This document shows, in pieces, positions 13,037 to 27,139 of a stretch of 64,000 nucleotides of DNA. The translations under genes were made by a program, and so were the position numbers. The notes under the pieces were generated by a model. That model saw only the letters and a list, made by a program, of their open reading frames with translations, searched no databases and was not told the origin of the DNA. Source of the stretch: Camelus ferus (Eukaryota); assembly GCF_009834535.1 (NCBI RefSeq), contig NC_045697.1:43650001-43714000 (forward strand), given 5' to 3'. Every line of letters starts with the position of its first letter. Within the stretch, counting starts at the first letter, position 1.

Positions 13037-14799
13037 TTCAATATACTGTTGACTCATATCTTGGCTGACAGTCCACATTAACTTTGTTAACTCAGATGTA
13101 AGTAATTTAATTAAACAAGAAATCCCATAACACAGAATTGTCCATAAAGCTTCATCATCAAATGAGCCATCGATTCAATTAAAATGTCAACCTTGTAATT
13201 TGGCATTTGTGTATGGTATCTTAGATTATAATACTAAATATTCTTAATAGATTTGTTTCTTTGAAATGTCCGTAGATGATTTGTGACTGAAATGTTACCA
13301 GTTTCCTAGAATGTGACAAAGCCAACACTCACCAGAGGAGTTTCCATTTGCGAAAGAGTAACCTCAACTTTCAGTGGGAGAATCAGAAGGCAATGGCTGG
13401 AGATGCTGGTGAGGAAGGCATGGTTTTGGGTAGTGAGTGGTGGCAAGGGATTCTGAGTAGGAAAAGAGAAATTGTGATTCCTTTTCAGGCTGCCTTTGAC
13501 TAGCGATGTGACTTGAAGCAATTTACTTGACTTTTTTCACTTGGAGTTTCCTGATCAGTAAAATGGGGATTAATAAACTATTAGCCTCATATAAATAGTG
13601 TAAATAATTTTGCACAGGGGAGTCGGTGTCTAACAACAGTGGTAATTACTATTATCGATAGGTTCTTGTCTGTAAGGTAGAAACAAAATGGAGAAGTTTT
13701 GATGTTTTGACTGGAGTTTCCTCTGTGGGGAAGGGTGGCCAGAAGGGAGCCTGGTTTGGAGAACCCTTCTAAAATGACAAGCTGGATTTTGAATTCTGTG
13801 GGTACTAGGTGAGATGTCCGCTCCTCCACACAATAAAGAGAACGCTAAATAAACAGGGGACGTGTTCTTGAGTTGACTGTCTAATCATCTGATTCTATTA
13901 CTTGTTCACCCTCAAAGAGTCCTTGAGTCTTAGTTCTCACCCAGCTTTTTCAAACCTCCATAATTCTGAGACACAGATACCCTCTTTTAAACTGCTGGGA
14001 GGTTTGGGATTACGGGAGCTAAATCACCAGCAAGATCTCCAACAGCTCGTTAGTGCTGAGGATAGAAAGATTAAAAACCTGCTTATATTAGTTACTTAAA
14101 AAAAAAAAAAAACTAGCTTCACAGAAAATACGAACAGGGCATAGGGCAAGTCATCTACTTTGTAACAGCTCTATGGGAAAAAAAGCAATCTGAAAAATAA
14201 CGGTACATTTTACAAGCTAAAATATACCGGGAAAACTAGTTTCTTAGGATGGGAGCCTTCCTTTCTGTGTCTTCAGGCTTAAACTGTACTTTTTCCACCC
14301 CTCACTCACAATGCAGTTAAGACCCTTCATCTGCTCTGACGTTCTATCATCCTTCCTCTTTCCTGCCAGAACCACCCCATCCCGCTTACTCACTGCTGGC
14401 CAGAATTAAATCCTAAGTCATCTATGCTTTCAGAGATGAGGGCACCAAGTCATATGCAATCTCTAATTCACTCTAAAGTAAAGCTCCCTCCAAAAGAGTC
14501 AGCATATTTCCCTCAGATTCCAAGGCGAAGTTTGGCGGAAGAGTCCCTTGTCCAGAAGGAACATGCCTCCTCTCTCACCATCCAGTGTTCTCTGCTAACC
14601 ATGTTGTTCCCATTCCTTACCTCGCACTCCATCTTCCCCCAAACCAGAGCCACCAAAAACTGCAGAAATCAAGTCCTGCTCCTTCAAGGGGCTATTAGTT
14701 AGAAAAGCAAAATAAATTCTGCCAATGATAGTGGTACCAACAGAGTAATGCATTATTCACCGAGAGAGGTGGTTCCACAAGGAGTGGAAGGAGGGCTGG

Positions 14800-15006
14800 G
14801 GGAGGGGAGAGGAGGATTTTGCCCCCGGGGAACAGTTGGCGCCGTCTGGAGACACTGTGGCTGTCACATTAGGGGTGTGCTACTGTCATCTAGTGGGTAG
14901 AGGCCTGGGACACGGCGAAACATCTTACAGTGCAGAGGACTGTTCCCCATGAAGAACTATTCAGCCCAAAATGTCAGCAGTACTGAGGTTGTAAAAGCCA
15001 GCTCTA
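14800..15006. mobile_element. MER20 hAT-Charlie MITE
   Basis: gattttgccccc.ggggaca.ttggc...tctggagaca...catctagtgggtagaggcc...gcccaaaatgtca matches the MER20 consensus. Confidence 0.85.
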
Positions 15007-15482
15007 GGAGGCTGTATACTTCAGTCAACAAGACCTGTGTTCCACGGGTTTAAGTTAAAATTCCAGGCCCTGGTCTCGCTGACGGGAGATGTATTTTGGA
15101 GTGGGTAACCATCAGTCACACTCCTGTGGCTGGTGCCTCTTTTCTATTCATATAAAACTGGTTCCGTTCATCGGACTAAAGAAAGTCTCCAGCTGAATGA
15201 TTATTGATATTTTATTTGGTTGGGGCTTTTTAATGTTTCTGTTTAAAATATAAGTTTAACCAAAAAATATGAGTTCAACAAAAGAAAAAAGATACCCATT
15301 GTCATATCTGCTTCAGACTTTTTTTTAAAGAAAAAATTATAGATACAGTTAAAGCCCACCTCCCCACCTTTTTCCTCCCTCCTAGGAGCTAACCATTATC
15401 CTACCACATAGCATTTCCGCAAGTATTTTATACTTACCTACATATATCTACATAAATATATAGTATCTATTGAATGTACCAA

Positions 15483-15572
15483 TTTTTTTTTTTTAATGGA
15501 GGTACTGGGGATTGAACCCAGGACCTCATACATGCTAAGCATGAGCTTTACCACTGAGCTATTTCCCTCCCG
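15483..15572 (-). mobile_element. Vic-1-like SINE, short form
   Basis: Poly(T) followed by the reverse-complemented tRNA-like head only. Confidence 0.85.
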
Positions 15573-16429
15573 GTAAATTTTCTTTTTAATTGAAGATTGC
15601 TAATTTACAATGTTGTGTTAGTTTCTGGTGTACAGCACAGTGATTCAGTTATACATATACATATATGCATATTCTTTTTCATATTCTTTTTTATTATAGG
15701 TTATTATAAGATAGTGAAAGATTCTAAATTTTGAATGTTATTATACTATACAGTTCTTTGCTCTCAACATTGTTTGAGATTTGTCCATTTTGTTTTCTTC
15801 ATGTAAATCTGTATAGTATAAATAAAGCATAATTTTCCTCCTGAGGAGTGACTGGGTTGTCGCCACGTTTCCACCACATGTCCACACTTGTAATGTGTCT
15901 CCTAATTCACACATGCTGAGCATTTGGGTGTGTTCAATATTTCAGAAGTGAAATCATGGAGTCAAAGGGCAGTGGGTCTTCAACTTTGCTACGAATTGCC
16001 AAAGTGCTCTCCGAAGTGTCACTGAACTAAGTCTTCATTGTATTGCACTTAGAAATGCAAATGCTAATTTTACAGTTTTCAAACAAACCAACAAAAAAGC
16101 AAACCTTTGCCTTCTACAGAGCTGTATTAAGATATGAGGATTAAAATATATGGTATGTTAGTGAATTTTTTTCAGAATCATAGGCTGTTAAGTATTAGTT
16201 ACTTTTCCCATATTTTGTTCCAAGAAGAAAAATTGAAACTCCATATGTCTAATAAAGCAGTGCCAATAAATAAATAAACAACATATCTGTGGACTAGGAC
16301 TGAATCTTGAGTCAAACAAATCAATTATCAAACCATTTTGAAACTATTAGGGAAATTTATATATGGATTGTGTATTAGACAATACTAAGAAATTATTAAG
16401 CTTGTTAAAGGGAGAACAGTATTGTGGGG

Positions 16430-16574
16430 GGTTTTTTCTTTTCTTTTTTTTAACACTTTTTATTGAGTTATAGTCATTTTACAATGTTGTGTCAAATTCC
16501 AGTGTAGAGCACAATTTTTCAGTTATACATGAACATATATAGTCATTGTCACATTTTTTTTTTTGCTGAGAGCT
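16430..16574 (-). mobile_element. Short, lineage-specific L1 3' end inserted into an older L1MC-like fragment
   Basis: tttattgagttatagtcattttacaatgttgtgtcaaattccagtgtagagcacaattttt; near-identical in reverse complement to 39610-39730; TATTGTGG on both flanks. Confidence 0.75.
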
Positions 16575-18105
16575 TATTGTGGTTATTTTTTAAAGTCCTT
16601 TTTTTAAAAAATGTATGAAAAGGCATGACATCTTAAATCTGCACTGAATACTTCAGCGAAAACTGAGGGGTGACAGATGAATCAAGCACGGCAAAATCTT
16701 GACAAAAGATGCCTGTATGGGTCTCATTATACTATTTTTCTACTTTTGTGTATGTTTGAAAATTGTCTTCATCATCATCACCATCAGGCACAAGACCTAC
16801 CAACAGAGGTAGACTAATGTAAGCAAGTAGACGTTTCGCTGTGATAAAGAAAATCAACCTCTAATCCTTCCGTGTGCCGTAAGTGGGTTATTTTTCTCTC
16901 TACACCTAGCTAGAACAGGTCCTAGGATTTTATCAGCAAGATAACCCATTAAATGTAGTGTAGTCCATATCCTGAGGACAGCAGAGCTTACACCAGGACA
17001 ATTAGCGCTAAATCAATTTAGCTGATTTAAACAGACTATCAAAAACAGCCTGCCCAAGACAAAATGAGCACAGAAAAATGACACTCCTCAAATTTCTGTT
17101 ACAGCACATTGTCCCACATTTTCTGGGAAGTCAGGAGATCTGATTACTGCTGACGTAACAGATGTTGAACTGGTATCGACCCGGTTAATCGGTTCTCACA
17201 GAAAGAATTCCAGATGTAAAATTAGAGGGAAACACTGGGCAGCCTGAACTCTCGCTGAACAGGGACATCAGAAGCTTTGTCACAGCATTTTGTCCCTTGC
17301 GTGTGTCTGGGCGGAAGGCAGGCAGGGGCTGGGGGGCAAGAGATACAGGGCAGAGGAGAAACTCAGCCCAGAGGCTTAATTAACAATAGGCCATGTGACC
17401 CCAAATCCTCGTGCTTGGCGCCTGCTGGAACAGGGCAACCTGGAGGCCCAGAGGAGGTGGGTGCCTTTCCCACAGCCGACAGTGCTGAGTCAGTCCGGCA
17501 ACACACTCCAGGGGACCTTGCCAGAAGGACGGAGCCATAGCTTTCATTTATTTGTATTGTTTGTGACTCACTCCCTAGACAAGAGCAAATGCAGACCTTT
17601 ATTCCTGCCTGTCGACATTTAGTTGGTCATCATTCAGAAAGTCCTAGCATCATAATGCAATTACAGTGGAATTAATCCTGTGTCATGAAAATGACATAAT
17701 TAATTACATTCATTTCAGTCGCAATCAAAATTACAAACTCATTCAAGTCTGACAGCGTAAGTCCTGGAAATCAGGTACCCAAAGAGTGAGGCTGGTTGGT
17801 GGCTCCTTAAAAGTCAAATGGTCCCTTGCACTACTTACAGCAGAGTAAAATAAAAGTTGTTAAAATCTCCATCCGACCACGAGGAGATAAACTTGTCCTA
17901 TGGCTGGAGAGGTAAAAACACAGCTGATGCAAAAAAGCCAATACCCTTCTCTTTTCTTGTTTTACTTTCTAGCGCATCAGCAAAAATTAGGGTAGAGGGT
18001 AATTGTATTCTCCACTGAAGTTGAATGCCTGCCTATAACATAGTTACTTGAAGTGGGGAAGAAAATTTATCTTCATTATTGTATTAACAACGAAGAAAAG
18101 TCCTT

Positions 18106-18246
18106 GGAGGGGAGCAGTATAGCTCAGTGGTAGAGGCATACTTAGCATGCACGAGGTCTTGGGTTCAATCCCCAGTAACTCCATTAAAAAAATAAGTACA
18201 ATAAAAAATAAAAAAAATAAAAATAGAATGTAGTAAAAAAAGAGAG
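18106..18246 (+). mobile_element. Vic-1-like SINE, short form
   Basis: tRNA-like head plus A-rich tail; 12-bp TSD AGAAAAGTCCTT (18094-18105, 18247-18258). Confidence 0.9.
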
Positions 18247-20798
18247 AGAAAAGTCCTTAAACCTAGAAGCAGAAGATGCACTGATACAGCTTCTTAAAGA
18301 GCTCTTACTCATATCATATCTGAAGCTCAATAAGCCAAGACAGTGTCTTAACAGAAGACACAGTAGAGTACAGCCAAAGACAGCAGAGAAATATCTAAGT
18401 AGAAAGATAATCCTTCCCTAGGTCCAGCTTTCAGTCGGCTTACTCAATAAAAACACAGAAGAAACAGAATACATGAGGGGTTTAACTGGAGAGGGAGATT
18501 TGAAAAGTGTTTCCAAAAATGTGCTTCACCAAGTAAGAGTGGCAGATGGAATTTGTTGGTGCAGAAAATAAACATGAGTCTTGTCCTTGTTTAGCTCATC
18601 TCTCCCTCTTGGCTTCCCAAACCTATCATCAGCACTATATCATTCAAACACCTCGAAATCGCACCCCCATCCCTAGGGCCTGTGGCCTGCCAGTGACCCT
18701 TGCTTAAACTTTGACCAGCTCCACCCTGACTTGTGCTCTGGTTGGCTACAGTACAGAGACATGATGCTCTGAAGGGAGGAAATTACACCAGCCAACCAGC
18801 ACACAGTGCTCGGTATGTTTCATCACCCTCCCTCTGTCTAGGACTGTGATCCTACCTCTCGGCTGACTCCAAACACCCACATGCACCAACAGGGAACACA
18901 CCCTGCAACAGGGCGACCCACACAGGACGTAAGTCAGGATGGGAGTGGAGGTGCATACCACGCACAGTTGTGGGGTTAACAGAGATGAAAGCAGCACAAG
19001 GCAAAGACTAAATGAGATCTCACATCATCCTTTGCTTATGTAATGATTTTACCATTTATCACAGTGGCCTGTTGGATGACTCACCCCACAGGAACCACAT
19101 CTTAATCACCTTTGGATCCCCAGTCAACCTCACAGGTAGTAAATGCTTAGTAGCTGCAATAGTCAATTCCCAATGTCAATGGCTAAAAAGGCGGCTAGCC
19201 ACGCTGAATGAAACATGACAAATTTTGTAGGCATCAGCCTAACTCTTTACCATTGTGACATCTATTTTCTCCTCCTGTTCACTTCCACTCCCTCCTGGGG
19301 GGACCATGAAAAAGACAGACCAAAAATAGAAAAAGACAGATGCAAGCCAAAAAAAAAAAAAAAAAAAATCCAACAAGTGGTAATATTCACTTCCAGATAG
19401 GCTGAAAAACTAAAACAATGCTACAAACACCCTCTCCTGGTGATTTTTTTAATCCTCTAAAGCTACAAATTTGAAATACTTTGTGCCCTTTTAAATTCAC
19501 GGCCCAAGACATACACCATCACCACCCCAATCTATAAGGCCCCATAGAATTTCACCCAAGATCAATGATGGCCCAAAGTCTCACCAAGTACGACAAAAAA
19601 TCAGCAATAAACTCTGTTCTCTCCCTAAATCACAAGGACACATATTTAAAAAGTACCCAGAAAAATTAAATTATTAGATCTGCTATACCCAAGAGAAGGT
19701 ATCTGGCAATAAAAAAGACGATCAAGAATAGCCAAAAATATCCAATATTGGTAAAAAAAATGTTGTCAGTGCTAATCCTTTGGTGTTTAAGTAGACACTA
19801 TGATGTTAAACTAGTTGGTTCAATCATTTGAACGTAACAATCTAATTACACAGGTGCTTTCATTCAAATTCCTTATTTCCAAATTTCAGTATAGTATATA
19901 ATTTCTACAACTCCTCTTAGACAAGCCTCCAGAAGATATGCTTCTTCTAGTGAAGTATATGACATTTTGACCATCTTTAACTCTAAATTAGATGGACACG
20001 AAGTTGTTCCCACATTATTTTTGAAGAACACACAAAGGCTTAATCTTTTAATTAAATCAAGGGTTTACTTCTTCCTAATTTCATGGCCATCACTTCCATA
20101 GAATTCTACCCCACTATGAACCTGGTGTCTTAAAAAATTCTTAAAATTCTTAACCCAAGTGAAAGGTTTATTGGGACAAAAGCAAAGCATACAAATAGAA
20201 GCAGGGACTGGTTAGCTCGGTTGATTTGTTAACACTTCTAGCAAAAATTAAGCCAGTCTCTTTTAACACAGGATTTTCCTGAGTCTTTGTCACTCTGCAG
20301 TATTACTCTCCAAAAAGAAGGTGTAGTATGTGGTGATTCCCACGCTTCTTTCACAAGGGAGTTTCTTTCTTTTTTTTTAATGAATTACCGATTAGTATTT
20401 AGCAAGAAAGAATATTTTGAGGAACACACTTTGAGAACCACAAGTTAGAATAAGGTGCTAACAAAACCTCAAAAATAGGTTTAACTTAACCCCAGGTACT
20501 CCAATTAGCCTTTTTTTTTTTCTTAAGACCAGTAACTACTGTGGGCAAACATCTTTAAACACACACCTTTAGAAATAGCCTGTAAGAACACATCCAAGAG
20601 CTAGTACGTATTACCCACCTTTACAGTAAAAACTCATTCAAAACTCGGACAGCTGCTATTTTGCATAAAGGACAGACTTATGAACAATCCAAGGCCCGTA
20701 AAATGCATTACTCTATGCATATTTCAAGTTCAAACTGGGTAGCTACAAATCTTCCCAATTTGGATACTTTAACCATCATAATAAAAAGGAAGACTCAC

Positions 20799-20865
20799 CA
20801 ACAGAAGCTGAGTGTTTAAGAACTGATTTCTTTGAGACTCCTTTTTCAATTCGTATCGTGGCCCA
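20799..20865 (-). CDS. GPAT3: GPAT3 coding exon 2
   Basis: ttttgaacag|TGGGCCACG...TCTGTTG|gtgagt; 67 nt; continues the exon 1 frame as WATIRIEKGVSKKSVLKHSASV(G), similar to human WATIRIEKGTPKESILKNSASVG; ends in phase 1. Canonical exon 3 was not found in the window, so intron 2 runs past base 1. Confidence 0.94.
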
Positions 20866-22513
20866 CTGTTCAAAAACAAGAAGTATTAATGTAAACTGTG
20901 CCACAGACGGGATGTAAAATATGTAAACCATGCTTATACAGATGTGAAATTAATCATTAAGCCCTGGTGCTATTTGAATGGAAGAGAGACCCCACTGAAT
21001 CTCTGATGTAATAGTATTCCAAGTCCCAGGTATACTTTTATATTAGTTACTGATAATGCCTAAATAAAACGAGGGAAAGATCATGTTTCCCCTATTTAAA
21101 CCCCTCATACACACCTCATACCCCCAATAAACTGTTCCTTGAAAAGGTCGTGAAGCATGACCGGCAAGAATACAGACTATGGCATCAAGTCTGCGTGGGC
21201 TTAAAGTTACCTAATCCTTCTCAGCCTGTTTCCTCATCAGTAAAATGAGGATACTAGTTCCTGTCCCATGGGATTGCTATGAGGATTAAACGAGATTAAG
21301 ACATGTAAAGACATAAACATAGAGCACAAAGAATATTATTTTCATAACAAAGTAGGCGTTCAAAGGTGAGACACACTCAAAGCTGCCTAACCGCCTGTAT
21401 CAGAAACAAGCTTGCAGAAGGATCAGCGTGAAAGCTGGAAAGCCGGAAAGGAATCCATGAAGTCACTAACGAGACATCTGCCCACCAGGCCTCTGACCTA
21501 TTAGGATGCATAGGGAAAATGTTATGCTTGTGAGGAACCACTGGTTTGAGAGAATTTAAAAGCAGGAAAGTGAACTCCCGTTTTGTTCTGAATAAATATA
21601 GGAGTGTAAAGAAATACACCAAGACATGATTCACTATTTTCTTCTTTACACTTCTTTTCTGCATTTCCAAAATTACCTACCATTAACATCATAATTCAAA
21701 ACCTGCAAGTGAACTCTTTGGACAGTGCTCCAGAAAATCCCAACAGCGATTTTTCTAGTTTTGAATATTACTGAGATGATTACAATTGCACAAGCTAACA
21801 ATGTCTAAATTGACTTGATCTGGGGAGGTGGGAGAAAAGCAAAACAAACGGGAAAAGGCATTGTAATCATTATACTTAAGGACTTTGGCACACTTGAAGG
21901 GACAAAAAGACAATTTATTAGATATGTCAAGGCAAAAACTTCAATTATTGCTGGGCTCAGGAGAGATTAAATAGAGAGGTAAAAAAAAAGTGTCTTTTCA
22001 AGTGAGTAAGAAAATAAGTGATAGAGAATAAATAAACTAAAGCACGTACATGATCTGACTACGTCAGGACCCCTGCACAACATCCCACAGAGCAAAGAAG
22101 GAACATGCCACTGGCGCTTAGAGAGAACAGGCTATAAATAGAGGCCTAATCTCCCAGCTTCAAGTGGCAAGTCACAAATGATAATAAACGCAGTCTTAAT
22201 CTGGTTGCGTCCTTTTCTCTTCCTTGTTGATCTGTGCAGAAATTCTCAAACTCAGGACTTAGATCTCTCATCTTTCTCAACAGAGATAAAAGTTGATTTC
22301 CATAGTTTTTCACTTTTAAAGCCTTGGTACCTACTATCATCTGAAAGTGGACCAAATATATGATTACAATAAAATTTGGTAAAAACTCACACCCTTATCC
22401 TGGAGCTCGCTTCTTTCATCGCAGACTTGTGGTTTTATATTTTGCATAGATGGTCATCACCTTGGGCAAGGGTGATTATTCCATGCTCCATATAATGGAA
22501 AACACTTCATGGC

Positions 22514-22895
22514 TTATGGGCTGAATGTGTGTCTCTCCCCCAGATTCATATGCTGAAGTCCTAACCCCAAAACCTCAGCATATGACTGAATTTTGGAAAC
22601 TGAACCTTTAAAGAGGTAAGTTAAAATGAGGCCCCTAGGGTGAGACCCTAATCCAGTATGACTGGTGTCTTTATACGAAGAGGAAGAGAACCAGGGGCAT
22701 GTACACAAAGAAAAGGCCATGTGAGGTCACAGCTAGAAGGCACCATCTACAAGCCAGGGAGACAGGCGTCAGAAGAAACCAAACCTGCTGACACCTTGAT
22801 CTTGGGACTTCTGGCCTCCAGGACTGTGAGACAATAAATGTCTGTGGTTTAAGCCACCCAGTCTACGGGCCTTTGTTACGGCAGCCCCAGCAAAT
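22514..22895 (+). mobile_element. MaLR LTR (MLT1A/B-like)
   Basis: tatgggctgaatgtgtgtc...ctgctgacaccttgatcttggacttc...aataaatgtctgtggtttaagccacccagt, typical of MLT1. Confidence 0.85.
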
Positions 22896-25691
22896 GAAGG
22901 CGAGGGCATTCCTCCAACAGCATCACATGCTCCAAAGAGCTCCCTGCTCCATCATCAGACCAGTTTCAGCACACAGACCCTCTCCTGAAATGCTGACTCC
23001 GAAGTCTGTCCTCCAAAACGCAGTTAACAGTGCTTAAGATGAGCAAGTCTGAAGGCTGGAGAAGTCATTTAATGTACCGGGGAATTTGTACTGGAAAACC
23101 ATTTCCTTCCTGAGGCTGACTCTCCAGCAAAAGTGACCCAGCGCCCGCCCTCTGCAGCCAGACAGACAGATGTACACTGCTGCCACTTCCTTGCTTTAAT
23201 CATCTCAGCCAAAATTTGAACCTCCTGGGACCTTAGTTTCATCATCTCTAAACAACACCAAGGGCTGCTGCAAAGATTAAAGGAGATAATTTATCCAGTG
23301 ATCACCACAATCAGCCACAAAGTAGAAAAACGGCTTTCTCTTCCCTCCTCACACCCCACTAGGTAGGTACCAAAATGGTCAGTTTTTTCAGACCATCAGC
23401 ACATCTCCCAATAAATTGCTATTTCTCTTTCACCAAGCCAGCTTCTCTAGATGGTCAGGTTAAGCCTAAACACAGAGAAAGAATATCTCTTTAGAGGTAC
23501 ACATCTACCTCAAGGTACCACTAAAGATGCAGCTCCGTCTGCAGGCTGACCCTGAAGTGGGACAACGGCTTCCAACAATCCCAGCTCCTACTCCCCATCT
23601 TGCTCCCCGACCAAAGAGAGTGGCATGTCACTCTCAATCAGGCTGTCACTCCACTGAATTTCAAAATCCTCCTGGAAGGAAGGAAGTAGCTCCACAATTC
23701 ACCAAAAAGAAAAGGTTAAGTCTAATTTTTAAAGCTTAGGCCAAAAGCTTGCAAAAACATGACACTGTCACCTAGACAATTCAACTTTCAGTTTTCACAC
23801 TGAAAAGACATTTAAGAATTGACCAAAGAGAGGGAAAGAAGGGAAGAAAAATGCTTAAAATTATGTAAAAATTCAAAAGATCGGGCTTACTCAAACAACA
23901 GCTGGCCATCATCTATAGCAAAATAAAAACTGTCTCTCGGCAGAGGCTGTCAACTTGGCAGAGTAAGAATTCAGGCTCTAGTCTCAAATAGAAATCCTGA
24001 TTCTACCACTGACAGCTGTACGTCTCTGCCCAGACAGATTACCTCTCTGAACCTCCATTCCCCAATCTATCAACAGGAATCATCAGGGATCCTATCCCAG
24101 AGTTGCTGCGGAATTCAGTTTACTGAAAAGCATGTTGCTCTGGTAGCTTTTCTTTATTATTACTTTCTGTCATAAATAGTCATGGCCTTCTAGCACATTG
24201 ATTATATTTCCAACCCCAGGGGTAATACCTGAGTATGATAATAACAGAGGTGCTCACCATCTGAGCATTATTAGCATGCCTTTTTAAAAAGACGGAAGAC
24301 TAAATGGTGGATGGAGAACAGGGTAAGAGAAAGACTAGTAATGAAAAAAGGCAGTAGTCTGCTCTGAGCACGTGTGCGAACCCATCAAAGATCTGAAGGT
24401 AGGTTAAATCTTAGCCACATAGGAGTGAAAAAAAACCCAAAAACACAACCAAAGAGTATTCCAATTTAAACTCCACTAAGATCTAAGCACCTACTATGTG
24501 TCAAGTGCTTTCATTTCCCTCTTCTCACTTAATCTCCACAATAACTGTACAAGGCATATTCTTATATCCACATGGAGAAACTGAGGTGGAAATGTTAAGT
24601 GACCTGCTCAAGGTTATAAAGCCAGAAATCTGGAAGAAGTTGTTATGTTTATTCTTTAAAAGTTGAAGGGAAAATTAGTCCATTACCATTTATCACCCAC
24701 TTATTGCTTCTGTTACCTGGCTGGACTAGATAATGTGCGTACCATTCCCCCGCCTTCTTCTCCATCAATCCGACATTCTCTTCCTATTCTTTATTTTCCT
24801 CTACTCATGAGCCTCAGGCCAATGAACTGCAATCCTTCACCACCCTCATCCGCATCATTAACTTCGCAATTAATTTTCACCGGTTGAGCAGAACATATTT
24901 CAACCTTTAATCCACATTTCTATTTGATAAACATAAAAAATTCACAAATGCTCTCCCAGCGATTCAGATATATACACCTCACCATCCAGAGACTACCCTC
25001 TAAACATCCCCACAGCCAAAAGTTTTACTTTTCATAGTTTGTATTCCTAAAAAAATTTTCCCTAATATAAAGTTGTAATACTGACATATATACTCCTTAG
25101 AAATCATTACATACCCCTTGAAAATTAATGGTTTAGAGAATCACAGCACTTACTCTAAGCTAAGAATTCAAGCCTTGTCCTCAAGTAGCTTGCCATATCA
25201 GGGACTTATGAACACATCTGGAGATACTCAGCAATGCAGAAGGCAGCATTCAGTAGGTGCTCAATAAATAATTATTACCTGAATTGGTAAGGGTCCAAAG
25301 AAGAGTACATAGCTGGGTGAGTTACTTGACAATTAGCAATCACCACAGTCAGCTATTCAGAAAGTACCCCACACACATTTCAACTTCCAGAATTTGAGTT
25401 TATTGGTCACGAAATCGCCAAGAAAACTTATCAAAATAAACACATAACGTACAAAACTAAGTGACCTTTTAAAATGGTACATAAATTACAACCAAGGAAA
25501 CCTGAGAAGTATCCAAATCCAATCAAAGAATCCAAAGAATATTCTTGGGACGGGAATGCAAAAGAAACAAATCAGCTGAGAACATCTTAAGGAAAAATGA
25601 GTAGCAGAAGGGCTGAGCCTTGAATAGAATTTACAAGAAGCAGGGTATTTGCCCAGATCAAAAGATGTTCTAATATTAAACAACCAACACA

Positions 25692-25781
25692 TTTTTTTTT
25701 TTAAATGGAGATACTGGGTTTTGAACCCGGGACCTCCTGCATGCTAAGCATGTACTCTATCACTAGCTATACCCACACTCC
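25692..25781 (-). mobile_element. Vic-1-like SINE, short form
   Basis: Poly(T) followed by the reverse-complemented tRNA-like head. Confidence 0.83.
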
Positions 25782-26460
25782 AATCAGCACAATTTTTATG
25801 GGATTTATCCCCATGGTTGGAAAAGCAATCCCTTGTACTAACTCCTGCCAGAGAGAAGTGTCTTTGAAACATCTAAGGCTGTTCTAGTTGGAGGATGAGA
25901 AGCCCTGGGTGGCCATCTCCTCTTCTTGCGCCTAAAGCAGATATGGCTCCTGGGATCACAAGCCCAGCTGATTCCAAACACAGGAGCTGCAGGCAGCTAC
26001 CACCAAGTCAGAGCTGGCTCACAAAGTGAATCCCCATTCTAATCCCATATATGCCAAGCATTCCTCTGACCTAGTAACTTTAGTCTTAGCAAAGAAGATG
26101 GTTCCTTAGGCTGCCATCTACCTGGTTTCCAAGTTAGGCGGCATATCTCCCACTACAATTAGGAAACTTGGCATTCTTGACAGTTTGATTAACAAGGAGG
26201 GCATGTCTCAAAGTCTCTTCCAACCTAGATGGGCAAAAAATCAGGTCAATCTTGGACTGGAGTTATCCCTTCAATATATAGTTATTTGCCAGGCTAAGAG
26301 CAACTATCAGGCCTCTCTCCTTGACATCTCTTTAGCTGTACCCAGTGTGCCCTGACTTACTCAAGCAAGGATACAGGACTCAGCACCTGGAGGACAGAGT
26401 GTGCGATTTACTTCCAGCTATTCTCACCTGGGATACAAATTCCAAAAGACATTGCTGTAT

Positions 26461-26612
26461 GGGGGGGGGGGGCGAGGTGTACAGCTTAAGTGGTAGAGTG
26501 CATGCTTAGCATGCACAAGGTCCTGGGTTTGATTCCCAGTACCTCCTCTAAAATAAATAAATAAACGTGATTACTTCCCCCTCCAAAAAAAAAAAAAACC
26601 AACAAAAAACAT
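26461..26612 (+). mobile_element. Vic-1-like SINE, long form
   Basis: Head, 3' segment and poly(A); TSD AAGACATTGCTGTAT (26446-26460, 26613-26627). Confidence 0.9.
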
Positions 26613-27139
26613 AAGACATTGCTGTATGGGAGAACAGTTCAGTCATTCCAGAATTCTGAGAAAGAGTGAACACCAGCTGAAGAGAATCATCTGCTCCAGG
26701 AAGAGTGTTCTGAAGACGATCTAACGATCTAAACAGTAAGAGGCAGCTAAGCAGTGTGACCAAGTTCAGAGTGTTACGTCCATAAGAAAGGTGTAAAGCT
26801 GTGAGGTATCTCACAAGCAGAAACAACAGGGCTTTTAAAATGAGAGCTGAGAGCGAAGAATCAAATATAACTTCAAAGACTAGACAGAAAAACAGACACA
26901 AAGAGAAAGCACAGCAAAGATATGGGGTGAAACAGGCAGTGAGCTGGTAGAGGAGGTTTGCAGGAGACTAGCTGGTGGGAGGTCAGCAGGGAATCTCCAG
27001 GTAGGAGATAAACAGATGAGAGATGCATACCTGGGAGCCACCCTTCCAGCTGAGGGAGGAGAGCAAATCAAGCCAAACCCTGGGGCAGACCCAGAATAAG
27101 GGCACAGAAAGGAAAACCCGTATTAGAAGGTCCTGTGGT

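Noticed and set aside
18106..18185. tRNA-Ala(AGC)-like sequences as functional tRNA genes
   Set aside because: Diverged stems, A-rich tails and TSDs show they are SINE retrocopies.
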